Source: a virus (Duplodnaviria > Caudoviricetes). Taken from it: a stretch of DNA of 64,000 bases. The stretch covers positions 13,331 to 77,330 of IMG/VR virus record IMGVR_UViG_3300037424_000723; one strand, 5' to 3'. This document shows, in pieces, positions 28,342 to 38,398 of the stretch (positions are counted from its first letter, which is position 1; every line of letters starts with the position of its first letter). The translations under genes and the position numbers were made by a program. The notes beneath the pieces are model-generated. The model was not told the origin of the DNA. It saw only the letters and a program-made list of their open reading frames with translations, and ran no database searches.

Positions 28342-29758
28342 TACCAGTATACCAATACTCTGGCTTTAGTTCTGCTAAGATTGCTTTTCTATTTAGCTTG
28401 ATTGCACTTACCCCCTCCGAAGCAATTCCCCCATAGGGAGACATAACCACTTCACCCGATTTAGTATACTCTAAAATCAAACGCTCAATTAAGTCCAGTT
28501 GCAAGGGGCAAATATGCTTCTCTGAGGCATCATCCTTAACCCCCTTAGAATTTAGCACATTAGTTTGAACAATATCCATCCAACAATTCGGATGCGATTC
28601 CGGCAAGCCTTCCAAGTCAAACCAAACAGGCGAAGCGTAACGTTGCCAGGTTAGAATCGAGTAATAACCCTGATCTCTCCAACCTGTCGGCGGTAGTGTG
28701 CCAACATAATCAGGATGAAACTCATTACCTCTGATAATCGGTTCTCTCCACGTTTCCCGATGCTCTTCTATAAATTCAACCTCACCGTCAACCTGTTTGG
28801 AGAATCGCTCGACTATCTCGAACTTTTGGTAATCTACGTCAGGCGGTTGCAGGTGATGCTGGACGGCGCCCGATTCAAATTCGCCGGCCCAATTGCGAAA
28901 AGTGACTAGAAATGAGCCATCGGTTAAAGAGGTGCGAGAGTGAAACTTCCAACCATCAACCGCTTCAAATCTCTGGACAATATCAGTCATCATTTGCGCT
29001 GTACAATGGATAGTTACCAAACGGCCGGGAGTAGTCACGTTTAGGAGCTGACTGATAAACGGATAGTCATACTCCTTACCTGTCCAGAATGAATACTGAA
29101 TCGGTTGACTTAAGAACGGGGTATCAACTCGCCCTCTAATATCCTGACAAAGCGGAGTTGATATTAAATCGCCCTCGTTTGTCCACTGATGAACGCAACG
29201 CTCAATTGTACCAGCATTAGCAGGGGGTAACTCATCTTCTACCTGCTTACCACCCTTTTGGAAGATTAGGACATAATCAGCGCACCCTTGCCGGGTAACT
29301 TCTCCCCGTTCCCTAAACGACTTGTGAAGCAGGCCATAGGTTTTAGTCCGTTGCATCTCAATTACCGGGTCTTTCCAGATGGTTATCCAACGGGCAAAAG
29401 TAAACCCAACCGATTGAGCCAAGCGGATGATATGGCCGGGGAAGTCATATAGACCAGCGTAACCATGAGAGGACATATAGCGCATGGTATCCTTGCAGTG
29501 GATAGCAATATACCGACCATCTTTTAATATACGGAATTTCTCTTGCAGAGCAAAGCGATAACCCTCATAAAATTCAGCCTCAGAGCCGGTGTTGCCGAGG
29601 TCAGCAATGGAGTCCGAATAAATATACAGCGACAAAAACGGTAAACTTTCACATTGAAAGTCAATGCAATTATCGGGTAGGTTTTGCATAACGAATACAC
29701 AGTCACCATTATAGCTTACCCAGTTCTTTCCAAATTTTTGGTTAATTATTGTACTCAA
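28280..29758 (-). CDS. N4/N6 DNA methyltransferase with an internal degenerate duplication
   Basis: NGDC...IDFQCESLPF, KDPVIEMQRTK, WQRYASPVW, HICPLQLDLIER and VMSPYGGIASEG. Probable start TTG at 29758. Confidence 0.85.
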   Translation of the reverse strand: MSTIINQKFGKNWVSYNGDCVFVMQNLPDNCIDFQCESLPFLSLYIYSDSIADLGNTGSEAEFYEGYRFALQEKFRILKDGRYIAIHCKDTMRYMSSHGYAGLYDFPGHIIRLAQSVGFTFARWITIWKDPVIEMQRTKTYGLLHKSFRERGEVTRQGCADYVLIFQKGGKQVEDELPPANAGTIERCVHQWTNEGDLISTPLCQDIRGRVDTPFLSQPIQYSFWTGKEYDYPFISQLLNVTTPGRLVTIHCTAQMMTDIVQRFEAVDGWKFHSRTSLTDGSFLVTFRNWAGEFESGAVQHHLQPPDVDYQKFEIVERFSKQVDGEVEFIEEHRETWREPIIRGNEFHPDYVGTLPPTGWRDQGYYSILTWQRYASPVWFDLEGLPESHPNCWMDIVQTNVLNSKGVKDDASEKHICPLQLDLIERLILEYTKSGEVVMSPYGGIASEGVSAIKLNRKAILAELKPEYWYTGIKNLLDCEIASGQYEIKEVV

Positions 29759-30458
29759 TGATAAACTCCTTTTGTGTGTTTTCTCGACTATGTACCCAGT
29801 AATGACAAGGTTCACAAAGTAAAACTAAATTACAAAGTTGTCCTCTGGCTTCCCTGCAAGCAAAGCTGATTATATGATGAATATCAAGCGGGGTTTTATT
29901 TTCATTGTATTTGACTAATCCACACTTGCGACATTTACCATAATCTCTACGCCAAACGAGATTAGCGGTTTGTTTCCATTCAGGAGTACCATAGAACGCT
30001 TGACGTTCTGGAGTTATACCACCCCTCCAAACGGGACTAATTGCTCCTGTCTTACCCTTGAGCCAATGGACACCATCTTTGTTTAGATAAGGTACTCGAC
30101 CATCTTTTAATGCGGCTTGCCTAATTTTTTCTTTTGTCTCAAGTGTTGACTTTCTACCTTTAGGATTAAAAGCTTCGGGGTTGTTTTTTCTAGCCTTAAC
30201 TATATTTTGCCCACGCGGTCTAGTTGGTATACCCGCCGCTTTAAGCATGCGCCAAACACTTTTAGGTGCTCTGTTTATCAACCTGCCAATATCATAAATG
30301 CCTAACCCCTCATCTATATACTTTTGCTTTAACCATTCATCGGTAACAAGAGTATATTTTCGAGTACCCTCCGCAACACAACCTACTGAGCAATATTTTC
30401 TAGGGACATGCGCTTCAATATCGTTACCACAATTCAGGCAAATAGAATGAATACTCAT
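29742..30458 (-). CDS. HNH endonuclease
   Basis: KYCSVGC, HTH segment and CRKC...LDIHHI...NLVLLCEPCH. Confidence 0.9.
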   Translation of the reverse strand: MSIHSICLNCGNDIEAHVPRKYCSVGCVAEGTRKYTLVTDEWLKQKYIDEGLGIYDIGRLINRAPKSVWRMLKAAGIPTRPRGQNIVKARKNNPEAFNPKGRKSTLETKEKIRQAALKDGRVPYLNKDGVHWLKGKTGAISPVWRGGITPERQAFYGTPEWKQTANLVWRRDYGKCRKCGLVKYNENKTPLDIHHIISFACREARGQLCNLVLLCEPCHYWVHSRENTQKEFIIEYNN

Positions 30459-31060
30459 TTTAACTCCATCATAACCTGAATTGAATTTAATCGTTCTGCT
30501 GCCTGTCCCCCTGTTGCCACGTCAATTTCGTATCCGATACACTCGCGGTCTAATTGCTCACAAACATAGGGAACAGTACCAGAGCCACAAAAAGGGTCAA
30601 AGATTAAGTCGCCCTTGTGAGTAAAGTCTAAAATCCAGCGCCGGTATGCTTCAGTGTTTTTATTCCACTTGTGCTTGCCCTGCGCTGCGCCTTTGGCTAT
30701 TATGGTATCAAGAGTACGGGTATGAGGCTTGTGCTTACCCTTTGTAAACCAGAGGGCCGGAGTTGTCCAAGTCATGATATTGTAACCACGTAACGCAGCG
30801 AATTGTTTAGCCTGGACAACGTAGTAAAGCGGTTTAACAAAAGTGAGATGACGCATCATAACAAGGTGACAAGCAAACATCTTAATATCACTACAAAAGG
30901 CAATAACTGAGGAATCGGGCTTAAGCACCCGTAAAGCGGTTTTTGCTAACCATTCATAATCCTCTATGTTTTCATACACCGGATCAGTAATAATAAAATC
31001 AACCGACTCATCCGGTATTTGTTTGGCTAACTCAATAGCATTACCTACCGTTATAGCCAT
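30455..31060 (-). CDS. Beta-class N4/N6 DNA methyltransferase
   Basis: VDFIITDPVY and IFDPFCGSGT. Confidence 0.88.
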   Translation of the reverse strand: MAITVGNAIELAKQIPDESVDFIITDPVYENIEDYEWLAKTALRVLKPDSSVIAFCSDIKMFACHLVMMRHLTFVKPLYYVVQAKQFAALRGYNIMTWTTPALWFTKGKHKPHTRTLDTIIAKGAAQGKHKWNKNTEAYRRWILDFTHKGDLIFDPFCGSGTVPYVCEQLDRECIGYEIDVATGGQAAERLNSIQVMMELK

Positions 31061-32511
31061 GTCGGTAACTCCATTTTCATAGTACCAGTGTCAGTTGTCA
31101 ACAGTTTGCGGTCAGTACGCCACAACCCGAATTTGTCATAGATGCGCTTAATCCAGATGTGCATGTGTTTATCTTGATGCTCTTTACGCTTGATAGAGTT
31201 GATAATCCCCTGCTCAGTTTCAGTGGCTATCATATTGACGGTGGTTTGCCGCTTATTACCATAACGATTAGTACGGGCTATCATCTGAGCAAATTTCTCC
31301 CAAGAGTAATTGATACTAACCATCGTTTGCACATTGCAGTGTTGCCAATTTAGGCCGAGGCCCGCTATCTTTGACTTGGTGACAATTCGCCGCGCATCGC
31401 CCCGACTAAAAGCGTCAAGCTTCGCTTCTTTGTTTTCAAGCGAGTCATCGCCCTTAACCTCTACGCCCCAATCTTTACCGTATTTATCCTGTAGCTGTTT
31501 GGCAAGTAGCTCGGATTCAACGTTGAGATCACACCAGAGAATATGATAATCGTTGACCTGCTCATCTAATTCAATAGCCTTACAAACCCGGTCAGAGTAG
31601 GTAACTTGTTTTTCTCGCCACATATTAGTAGAGGAAGGGTTATCGGGCAAAAAAAGAAGGTGTTGACCGCGCTTATCAGTCATCTCCCATGCTCGTTTAT
31701 GGTCAACATCAAGGGTATAAAAGCACATATCAAGTGGGGGTAAGGTGTAGCCCTCATCACTGCCACCGATAACTGAGGGAGTATCAACTACGAGCGCCCA
31801 GGTTGTAACCCAGCGCCAGAAGTCCTCTTCTCCCAATGGCTTGATCTTATACTTACCGGCTACAATCTCACCCGTTTTAACTTTGCCCATTGTCATAAAC
31901 CAATTAGCAAGCATCTGGTTTGATGGCATAACTCCCAACGCCTCGCCCTGATTGCCAATTTCCATATAATCATTACGGGTAAATGTACCAGAGGCACATA
32001 GTCCGTAGCGTACTTGGTTCATAAAAGGAATAACAAACTTTTTAGTCTCACCCTGATAACTGGCAAGGATACTAGATTCGTCAATTATCAAACCACCCTT
32101 TTTCCACATATCAGGAGTAAACTTGCGCCGGAACATATCAAAGTTGACAATGGTTATAGGGGAGTCGGCTAGTCGAGCGTCATCCATAGAACGGATTAGC
32201 TCAATATCTACGCCGATCTTTTGGCCCTCGCGGATTGTTTGACGGGCGACGGCAAGGGGAGTTACAATTAAAACCCTTTCCCCTTTCGTGTACTTATTAA
32301 CCAATCTAGCAAACTCGACTTGGGCTATTGTTTTCCCAAGTCCCATTTTCCAACCCATCAATGCTTTACCGAGCTTCAATGACCACTGCACCCCTAATGC
32401 TTGCCAGTCAAATAGCATCGGGTGAATTTCCGATAGATCAATATCAAAACCTTGCGGGGTAGCTGATATTTGTTTATAGAGTAGATAATCTTCATAAGTG
32501 GCAAAGCTCAT
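31051..32511 (-). CDS. SNF2-related superfamily 2 helicase
   Basis: KMGLGKT, IIDESS, ILWCDLNVE, SKIAGLGLNWQ and IARTNRYG. Confidence 0.88.
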   Translation of the reverse strand: MSFATYEDYLLYKQISATPQGFDIDLSEIHPMLFDWQALGVQWSLKLGKALMGWKMGLGKTIAQVEFARLVNKYTKGERVLIVTPLAVARQTIREGQKIGVDIELIRSMDDARLADSPITIVNFDMFRRKFTPDMWKKGGLIIDESSILASYQGETKKFVIPFMNQVRYGLCASGTFTRNDYMEIGNQGEALGVMPSNQMLANWFMTMGKVKTGEIVAGKYKIKPLGEEDFWRWVTTWALVVDTPSVIGGSDEGYTLPPLDMCFYTLDVDHKRAWEMTDKRGQHLLFLPDNPSSTNMWREKQVTYSDRVCKAIELDEQVNDYHILWCDLNVESELLAKQLQDKYGKDWGVEVKGDDSLENKEAKLDAFSRGDARRIVTKSKIAGLGLNWQHCNVQTMVSINYSWEKFAQMIARTNRYGNKRQTTVNMIATETEQGIINSIKRKEHQDKHMHIWIKRIYDKFGLWRTDRKLLTTDTGTMKMELPTWL

Positions 32512-32689
32512 AAATCCCCCAAAACATTCATAACGAATGATACTAAATCATCAGTAGTCCATTCGTCAATTTTCACTTCTGGATTTTCAGCCAGCGACTT
32601 GATAATATCGTCAATATCTTCTACGTTGACGAATGGATATTTGATGCTCACAAGCCAGTGTACTTTTTTGAGTTTGAGTTGGTTTTTCA

Positions 32690-32899
32690 TTAGTCCTCCA
32701 ATTCATAACGCACTCGCACCCGTCGCCTGAAATAGGCAGCGAATTGGGTACGGGCATACTTGCTCACCCGTTCAGGATTGGTGAGCAACCGCTGAACAGT
32801 GTTGCGACCGAGGCTGGTCAAGTGGGGCAATTCAGCCCGACTTAAACCGGCCTCGTGTACCAGTTGCAAAAAGGGGTTAGCCGTTGGTTTGTGGCGCAT
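32690..32899 (-). CDS. HTH DNA-binding protein
   Basis: GLSRAELPHLTSLGRNTVQRL. Confidence 0.6.
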   Translation of the reverse strand: MRHKPTANPFLQLVHEAGLSRAELPHLTSLGRNTVQRLLTNPERVSKYARTQFAAYFRRRVRVRYELED

Positions 32900-33713
32900 T
32901 GGACTTCTCAGCTATCCTTAATTCGGCGTGGGCAATAGCAGCAGCCAGATAATCAGCCCAGCCGCTTAAATCCTTAGCTTCAGGAAAAACCACCCCTACC
33001 GCATTGTGTAAGCGACTGGCATTACCCTGGTAATAATCAACCCCCAGCGCCTTATCTACAGCCATCATAACCAACTTGGGGCTATTTGGTATATCGGTAG
33101 GGGTTGCGCTGTGAGCCTGTTGAGGCGTAGCCTTTGCCTCACTCGGTTGACTAGCGGGTTGGGCCGGGCGGGGTTGCTCAATAGTTGCGGGGGCTTTTGT
33201 GGCCTGCTGTTTGGCCTGCTGAATTTCTCGCTGGACTTGCTGTGGATTGGCGGTATTTACCTCAGAATCGGAGTCGTATAAGTCCAGAGCGATACCCAGT
33301 AACGAGGCGCACTTTTTAAGCGCATCTGTGGCCGCGCCCTTATAGGCATCACCCAGGCTAACCGGGGCGCTGCCATCCTTTAACATCTCAATAGGCTGTG
33401 AGCCAAATTGCATCTTGGTGACTTCAACCTCACCAATGCGTACCGTTAGCTTGCCCCGGCAACGAGCCTCAAACGGACGTTCACCTATCCATAAGATTTC
33501 TTCGTGATCGGCCTCAAAACTCCAATTCCAGCTAAACGCCTCGTTAAGTGTGCGGATGACATAAGCGCCATCGGTATATAAAAGGTTTTTACCACCGCGC
33601 CCAGACCGGACTCTAATTTCCTGCTTGGGGGTTTGCTGGGTAAACATCTGCCTCAAAGCTTCTGAGGCCATAATACTATTATTACCAGTTGTCGTTAATT
33701 CGTTGCTCATCAT
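32877..33713 (-). CDS. sak: Rad52/Rad22-family (Sak) single-strand annealing protein
   Basis: RSGRGGKNLLYTDGAYVIRTLNEAF...YKGAATDALKKCASLLGIALDLY. Confidence 0.88.
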   Translation of the reverse strand: MMSNELTTTGNNSIMASEALRQMFTQQTPKQEIRVRSGRGGKNLLYTDGAYVIRTLNEAFSWNWSFEADHEEILWIGERPFEARCRGKLTVRIGEVEVTKMQFGSQPIEMLKDGSAPVSLGDAYKGAATDALKKCASLLGIALDLYDSDSEVNTANPQQVQREIQQAKQQATKAPATIEQPRPAQPASQPSEAKATPQQAHSATPTDIPNSPKLVMMAVDKALGVDYYQGNASRLHNAVGVVFPEAKDLSGWADYLAAAIAHAELRIAEKSNAPQTNG

Positions 33714-33995
33714 TCCTCACTTTTTCGCAGTTCAAATAAAATATTGATTAAGTCAATCAAAAATTCTCCGCTATCTCCATCGCCCCCAAAGTCAAGGCCC
33801 AACGAGTCGCTGTATAGTAACCAATCCAAAGCAGCTATTTCGCGGGCCATATTTTCGGCCTCTGTGGAACGTTCCTGCCCGCGTTCCCATCTGGCACTGA
33901 GGTCGTAATCAATACCAGACTTTTGCAGGCGGGCCGCCATTTGATGATGACTGTCTATGACGGGCTGATTTACAAATGCCATCATTCCTCACTTT

Positions 33996-34238
33996 CTATC
34001 TATCACCATAATTAGACGGATGGCCCGGATGCCAACTCATATCATCTTCGTCATCGGCATAGGATTCATAATCATCTTCCTCTGGCGTGCCATCGGGTAA
34101 TATGTTTCTTGTCCCTTTACACTCAGGATAAGTAGAGCAACCCCAAAACTTCTTGTCATCAGACCGGCGAGTCCTGAGTACCATATCTTCATAACACTCT
34201 GGACACTTAGGAACGGGGATTGTGCGAATATTCATCAT
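33996..34238 (-). CDS. Topoisomerase C4 zinc-ribbon domain protein with an acidic tail
   Basis: CPECYEDMVLR...FWGCSTYPECKGT. Confidence 0.8.
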   Translation of the reverse strand: MMNIRTIPVPKCPECYEDMVLRTRRSDDKKFWGCSTYPECKGTRNILPDGTPEEDDYESYADDEDDMSWHPGHPSNYGDR

Positions 34239-34792
34239 TCCTCACTTAGTAAACGAATCCAAGTTTCAGCCCTTGTGATTCTACCAATAGTTGACATGGT
34301 TATACCAAACTTCATTGATAACTCCTTGTGGGTAGTGTTGCCTTTTCTGTATTCATTATAAACATCAAGAACAATATCACTCGTTAATTTCGTGGCGGGG
34401 TTTTTCTCGCCAAACAACCTTAATTCAGGATGCTTACGAAAACCACTTCTATCACCTGTTGCGTGATTCCCTCTTCCCCTGATCTCCCTATCTCTGGCAT
34501 TTTCCTTTTCTGTTCCAAGATATAAATGTTCTGGATTAACGCAATTTCTAACATCGCACATATGAAGCACATGTAATCCGTTAACTATTGGGCCGTTGTG
34601 GATAAGCCAAGAAAACCTATGAACTATCAATGTTTTCTTCTTTGAGCTTATATGTCCGTATCCTTTACGTATTTTTCTTCCTGTCCATACCCAACATGGT
34701 GTACCAACGTAGGGAACTATTGGCCCATATTTATTAACATTAGACCAAAATTTGGCAAGAACCACTTCATCATAATATGGATTATAGATCAT
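34235..34792 (-). CDS. HNH endonuclease
   Basis: CWVWTG, GYG, VHRFSW and VLHMCDVRNCVNPEHL. Confidence 0.92.
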   Translation of the reverse strand: MIYNPYYDEVVLAKFWSNVNKYGPIVPYVGTPCWVWTGRKIRKGYGHISSKKKTLIVHRFSWLIHNGPIVNGLHVLHMCDVRNCVNPEHLYLGTEKENARDREIRGRGNHATGDRSGFRKHPELRLFGEKNPATKLTSDIVLDVYNEYRKGNTTHKELSMKFGITMSTIGRITRAETWIRLLSEE

Positions 34793-35436
34793 AATTATCC
34801 TAAAACGGGATTGAATCCAGAGCCGCCGCGCTCAACTCTGCAAACCGTTGATAGGCAGGGCCAGCGGGTAAGTCACGCGATTCGAGCTTGCCATCCCATA
34901 CGACGCAAAAGGCCACATCAGGGCCGTACATGTATACATCGTTTGGCAGCAGGCTAACGTCGGTTTGCTCAGTTACCGGAGCTTGCCAGGCTTCGATAGC
35001 GGTAAGGTCTGTTACATCAAAAAGATTGGGGATAGTGGCTACGTCATTGGCATCATAGGGCAACCGAGCGTTATCATACCACGCCTCATTGTCACCCTGC
35101 TGGGGATCGTAGCCAACTTTATCAGCGAAAATATCATTGTCATTGTATTGAGTGGTCATCATTCCCCCCACGAATTAAATGGCATCGTTCGCATTGCGGA
35201 ACGATTCTCATCTAATGTACTGATGGTAGACGCAAACAACACATTCAACTCTGCCAACTGTTGAGCGATAACAATCATCGCTTGTGCTTGGGCGATAGCT
35301 GCACAAATCGCGGCTGCGTTAGGCTTTTCTACCTCTCCCGATAGAGACAATGCCGACTCTGTAAGGCCAATTGCTTGATTTAATAATTCTGTGGTCATTG
35401 GTTAAGCTCCTGTTGCTAGTGGATTTGAATATACCT

Positions 35437-35523
35437 TATAGTATCATACTTTTGTTTATTTGTCAAGCGTTAAATTATCAAAATTGTAACCACTTGACAG
35501 ATAAATATTATAGTGGTAAAATA
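35437..35523. promoter_or_regulatory. Divergent promoter pair (possible genetic switch)
   Basis: Plus strand: TTGACA-17-TAAAAT at about 35494-35522. Minus strand: TTGACA-17-TACTAT at about 35438-35466. AT-rich. Confidence 0.65.
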
Positions 35524-35544
35524 ATTGCGGAGGTAATATATTTT

Positions 35545-35769
35545 ATGAGCAAAAATCCATTAAAGGAATTGATTGACAGCCATTTAGGGTTAGCGCCCTA
35601 CCGGGTAGCAGATGAGGCTGGTTTGACGCGGGGGGCCGTGTATCGTCTTTACCGGGCCGATGATTTACCCAACGCCGAAACCGATACACTAAAGGCTATA
35701 GCCTGGGTTTTAGGGCATCGGCTGGTTATTAGCTTTGAACCCGTCGAGAGCGATGACAATGGCAAGTGA
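35545..35769 (+). CDS. XRE-family HTH regulator (Cro/CI-like)
   Basis: PYRVADEAGLTRGAVYRL...TLKAIAWVLG. Confidence 0.75.
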   Translation: MSKNPLKELIDSHLGLAPYRVADEAGLTRGAVYRLYRADDLPNAETDTLKAIAWVLGHRLVISFEPVESDDNGK

Positions 35770-36133
35770 TCTGACCGAAGTCCAAAAGGAATTAAAGCGG
35801 CAACAACGTCAAGCCCTGGTCAATCTGTTTGACACCCAATGGCGACGGCTAGGCGGCAAACCGCTAACGGCTGAATGGAAATTCCACCCTACCCGCAATT
35901 GGCGATTTGATAGGGCTAATATCCATCTAAAGATAGCAGTCGAGGTAGATGGGGGAACCTGGATTCAAGGGCGTCATACTTCTGGGGTTGGCTTTGCCAA
36001 CGATTGCGAGAAGTTAAACAATGCCGCCCTGCTTGGTTGGCGCGTGTTTAGGTTTACCAGTGATATGCTGACAAACGATCCGGCCAAACATTTGACGCCG
36101 GTTATCAGGCTTATACAGGAGCAAAGCAAATGA
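35753..36133 (+). CDS. DUF559/Vsr-like PD-(D/E)XK endonuclease
   Basis: WRFDRA...IAVEVDGGTW...RH...GWRVFRFT. Confidence 0.8.
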   Translation: MTMASDLTEVQKELKRQQRQALVNLFDTQWRRLGGKPLTAEWKFHPTRNWRFDRANIHLKIAVEVDGGTWIQGRHTSGVGFANDCEKLNNAALLGWRVFRFTSDMLTNDPAKHLTPVIRLIQEQSK

Positions 36134-36447
36134 CAACTCACTGGCAGGATGACCCGTATGAAGATAACTTTGATGACTATGACGAATGGGAGGATGAGGA
36201 CGAAGATGAGGACATTTGGCCGCACGATTATGAGGATTACCCACCCGACTATGACGGATTTGAATATGACGACGACCCCGTACCTCTAACTCTACTTGAG
36301 CGATTGCAAAACAAAATAGGCTGGATCTGCTGGCGTCTTGAGCATTGGTGGGATTATGGCCTGAATATGCGCCGATGCGGTGACTGTGGCAAACGTTATC
36401 GCTTTGGTAATCACGATCAATGTATACCGTTTTAAGGAGTTGAATAA

Positions 36448-37161
36448 ATGACAACCCACTTCCAATACACCACACGCGGCCTGATCGTAACCGGCAATCC
36501 AACTATAGAGGACTGGTTAGCTGAGTTTGGCGCACTTAAAACTAATGCCAAAGGGATGTATAGAAAAATAGGGGATATGCTAACCTGGGGTGAGTTAACC
36601 TATGGAGATTTGAGTCATCAGGTAAATGACAGTGATGATTGCGATGATCCTATTTTTAATCCTGGTACTCTCTACAATGCCAAGTGGGTATCTAGTAGAT
36701 GGTGGCCGGTTGACCGGCGTATCTATGATTTACCCTGGTCATATTACCAAGAGACATCGGCCCTCAAGCCAGAACAGCAAGATTTAGTTATGGCAATGGC
36801 TGAGGCTAAAAAGTGGAATCGTGACCAGATACGGCTTGAGGTAGCTAAATATCAGCAGTTTAACGGCAAAAGGGATTACAAACCCCTGCGACCTGATGAC
36901 ATCATTTTTGACCAGCAGCAGAGATTACAAGCGTTACAAGAACAGATTGACCAGAAATCTCACGCGGCGTTAGATTCACAATCCCCCGCCGAATCCCCCA
37001 TAACCTACGGCGGTACACTCCCCGATGGCAGCACCTTAACCGAATGGGAGCAAGATCAAATTAGGGCTATTGGCGACGTGGCGAAAAATAACGGCTGGCT
37101 ATCGGTAACGGTTTTTGAGGATGGCCGGTTTATGGTAGAACCTAAAAAGGACGGTGACTGA
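36448..37161 (+). CDS. LmbU-like DNA-binding protein
   Basis: IGDMLTWGE, TLYNAKWVS...RRIYDLPWSYYQE and WNRDQIRLEV. Confidence 0.5.
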   Translation: MTTHFQYTTRGLIVTGNPTIEDWLAEFGALKTNAKGMYRKIGDMLTWGELTYGDLSHQVNDSDDCDDPIFNPGTLYNAKWVSSRWWPVDRRIYDLPWSYYQETSALKPEQQDLVMAMAEAKKWNRDQIRLEVAKYQQFNGKRDYKPLRPDDIIFDQQQRLQALQEQIDQKSHAALDSQSPAESPITYGGTLPDGSTLTEWEQDQIRAIGDVAKNNGWLSVTVFEDGRFMVEPKKDGD

Positions 37162-38398
37162 TGGCACAAGTAAAACACGAGGTTACTTTTGATGGCATCC
37201 TATTTGATAGCGAGGCTGATTTAATAAACTTTCTCAAACATTCGTATTTTGCCAATAAATCCAGCGAAAAGACATTACGGGCTGATTTAGACAAATTATC
37301 TAAGAAAGTAAAAAGGTTATCGTTTGCAATAACAACGGGTGCATATAATCCTAAAAAGGACGGTGAGTGATGGATGAAAAAATAGTAGTATTTATCGTAA
37401 ATGATGAGCAATTTGGCCAGATTATCGCCCCGACCGTTGAGGGGGTGCTGGCCTATCTCAAAAGCTATCTGGCCGAATTGCCGGATGGATGTGAGATTGT
37501 TTTCGAGATAAAACGTCGGGATATGACGCTGGACGAAATAGATAAAGCGGCGGTAGTGTGACATGGCACAAGAAACTAAATGGTGTATAGCTAGTTGTAA
37601 AAAGAACGAAATAGCCCTGGCCCTAATTATTGATGGCATCCCGCAAGATTTATTGTGGTTGGCCGTACAAGAGGATGCTCAGGAATGGTTTGATAAATAC
37701 TGGCAATGGCAAACTACACGGTGCCCGTTTTTGCCAAAGGAGATACAATGCCACCCTGTAACCGTGCCTACTTCCTGACACCCTCAGCCGCCTATCGTTG
37801 CCTTGAAATCCTGGACGCGCTGGGTTGGCTATCGGGTGAATGGAGACCGGTCAAGTGCGAGTGTGGGAAGTGGCATTGTGAGTGTGTAAGATGACCGAAC
37901 TAACCCCCGCCAAAATCCATAGTCAACTCGCCTGGTTATCCCGTTACCGACGCGGCTTGTGTCGTGATTATACCGCTGCCCACCTTGCCAGCGACGAAAC
38001 CGAGATGCACAGCATCAGGGCCGAGTATCGGTTGATCGGTAACTTGATGGCTAAGTTGCGAGGCGAGTTGAGGGAATTTGAGGCATTGCAGAGTGAGCAG
38101 GTGGCGGCAGTTGTGTTTGTAGAGGAGTTACTAAATTTAAGTTGACAACGCCTCAGTTATCGGTTATAGTTGATAGATTGAGGATTGACAAAATTTAAGA
38201 AGTAGAGTATCATTATGATTAACAACCGCGTGGGGGTGACGCCCCACCTTAAGCGGAAAAGAATAAGTGGTAGAGATAAAAAGAAAACCCTTGAGTTTTT
38301 TGTCAAGGCTATTAAGTAGGACACCGGGCCGTCAACCCGGTCTCTACCCAAAAGCCGAAAGATAGCCTTGACAAAGGATTTGAGGGTTTTTTAATTCT

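Noticed and set aside
35371-35769. Lysogeny module (integrase/att)
   Set aside because: Divergent promoters and an XRE HTH are present, but no integrase or att site was recognised; lifestyle is undetermined.
38284-38390. IS200/IS605 omega-RNA (IscB/HEARO) because of GTCAA...TTGAC
   Set aside because: The downstream ORF has no RRXRR/PLMP, RuvC or HNH motifs, so the OMEGA assignment is unsupported; retained as an unclassified structured leader.
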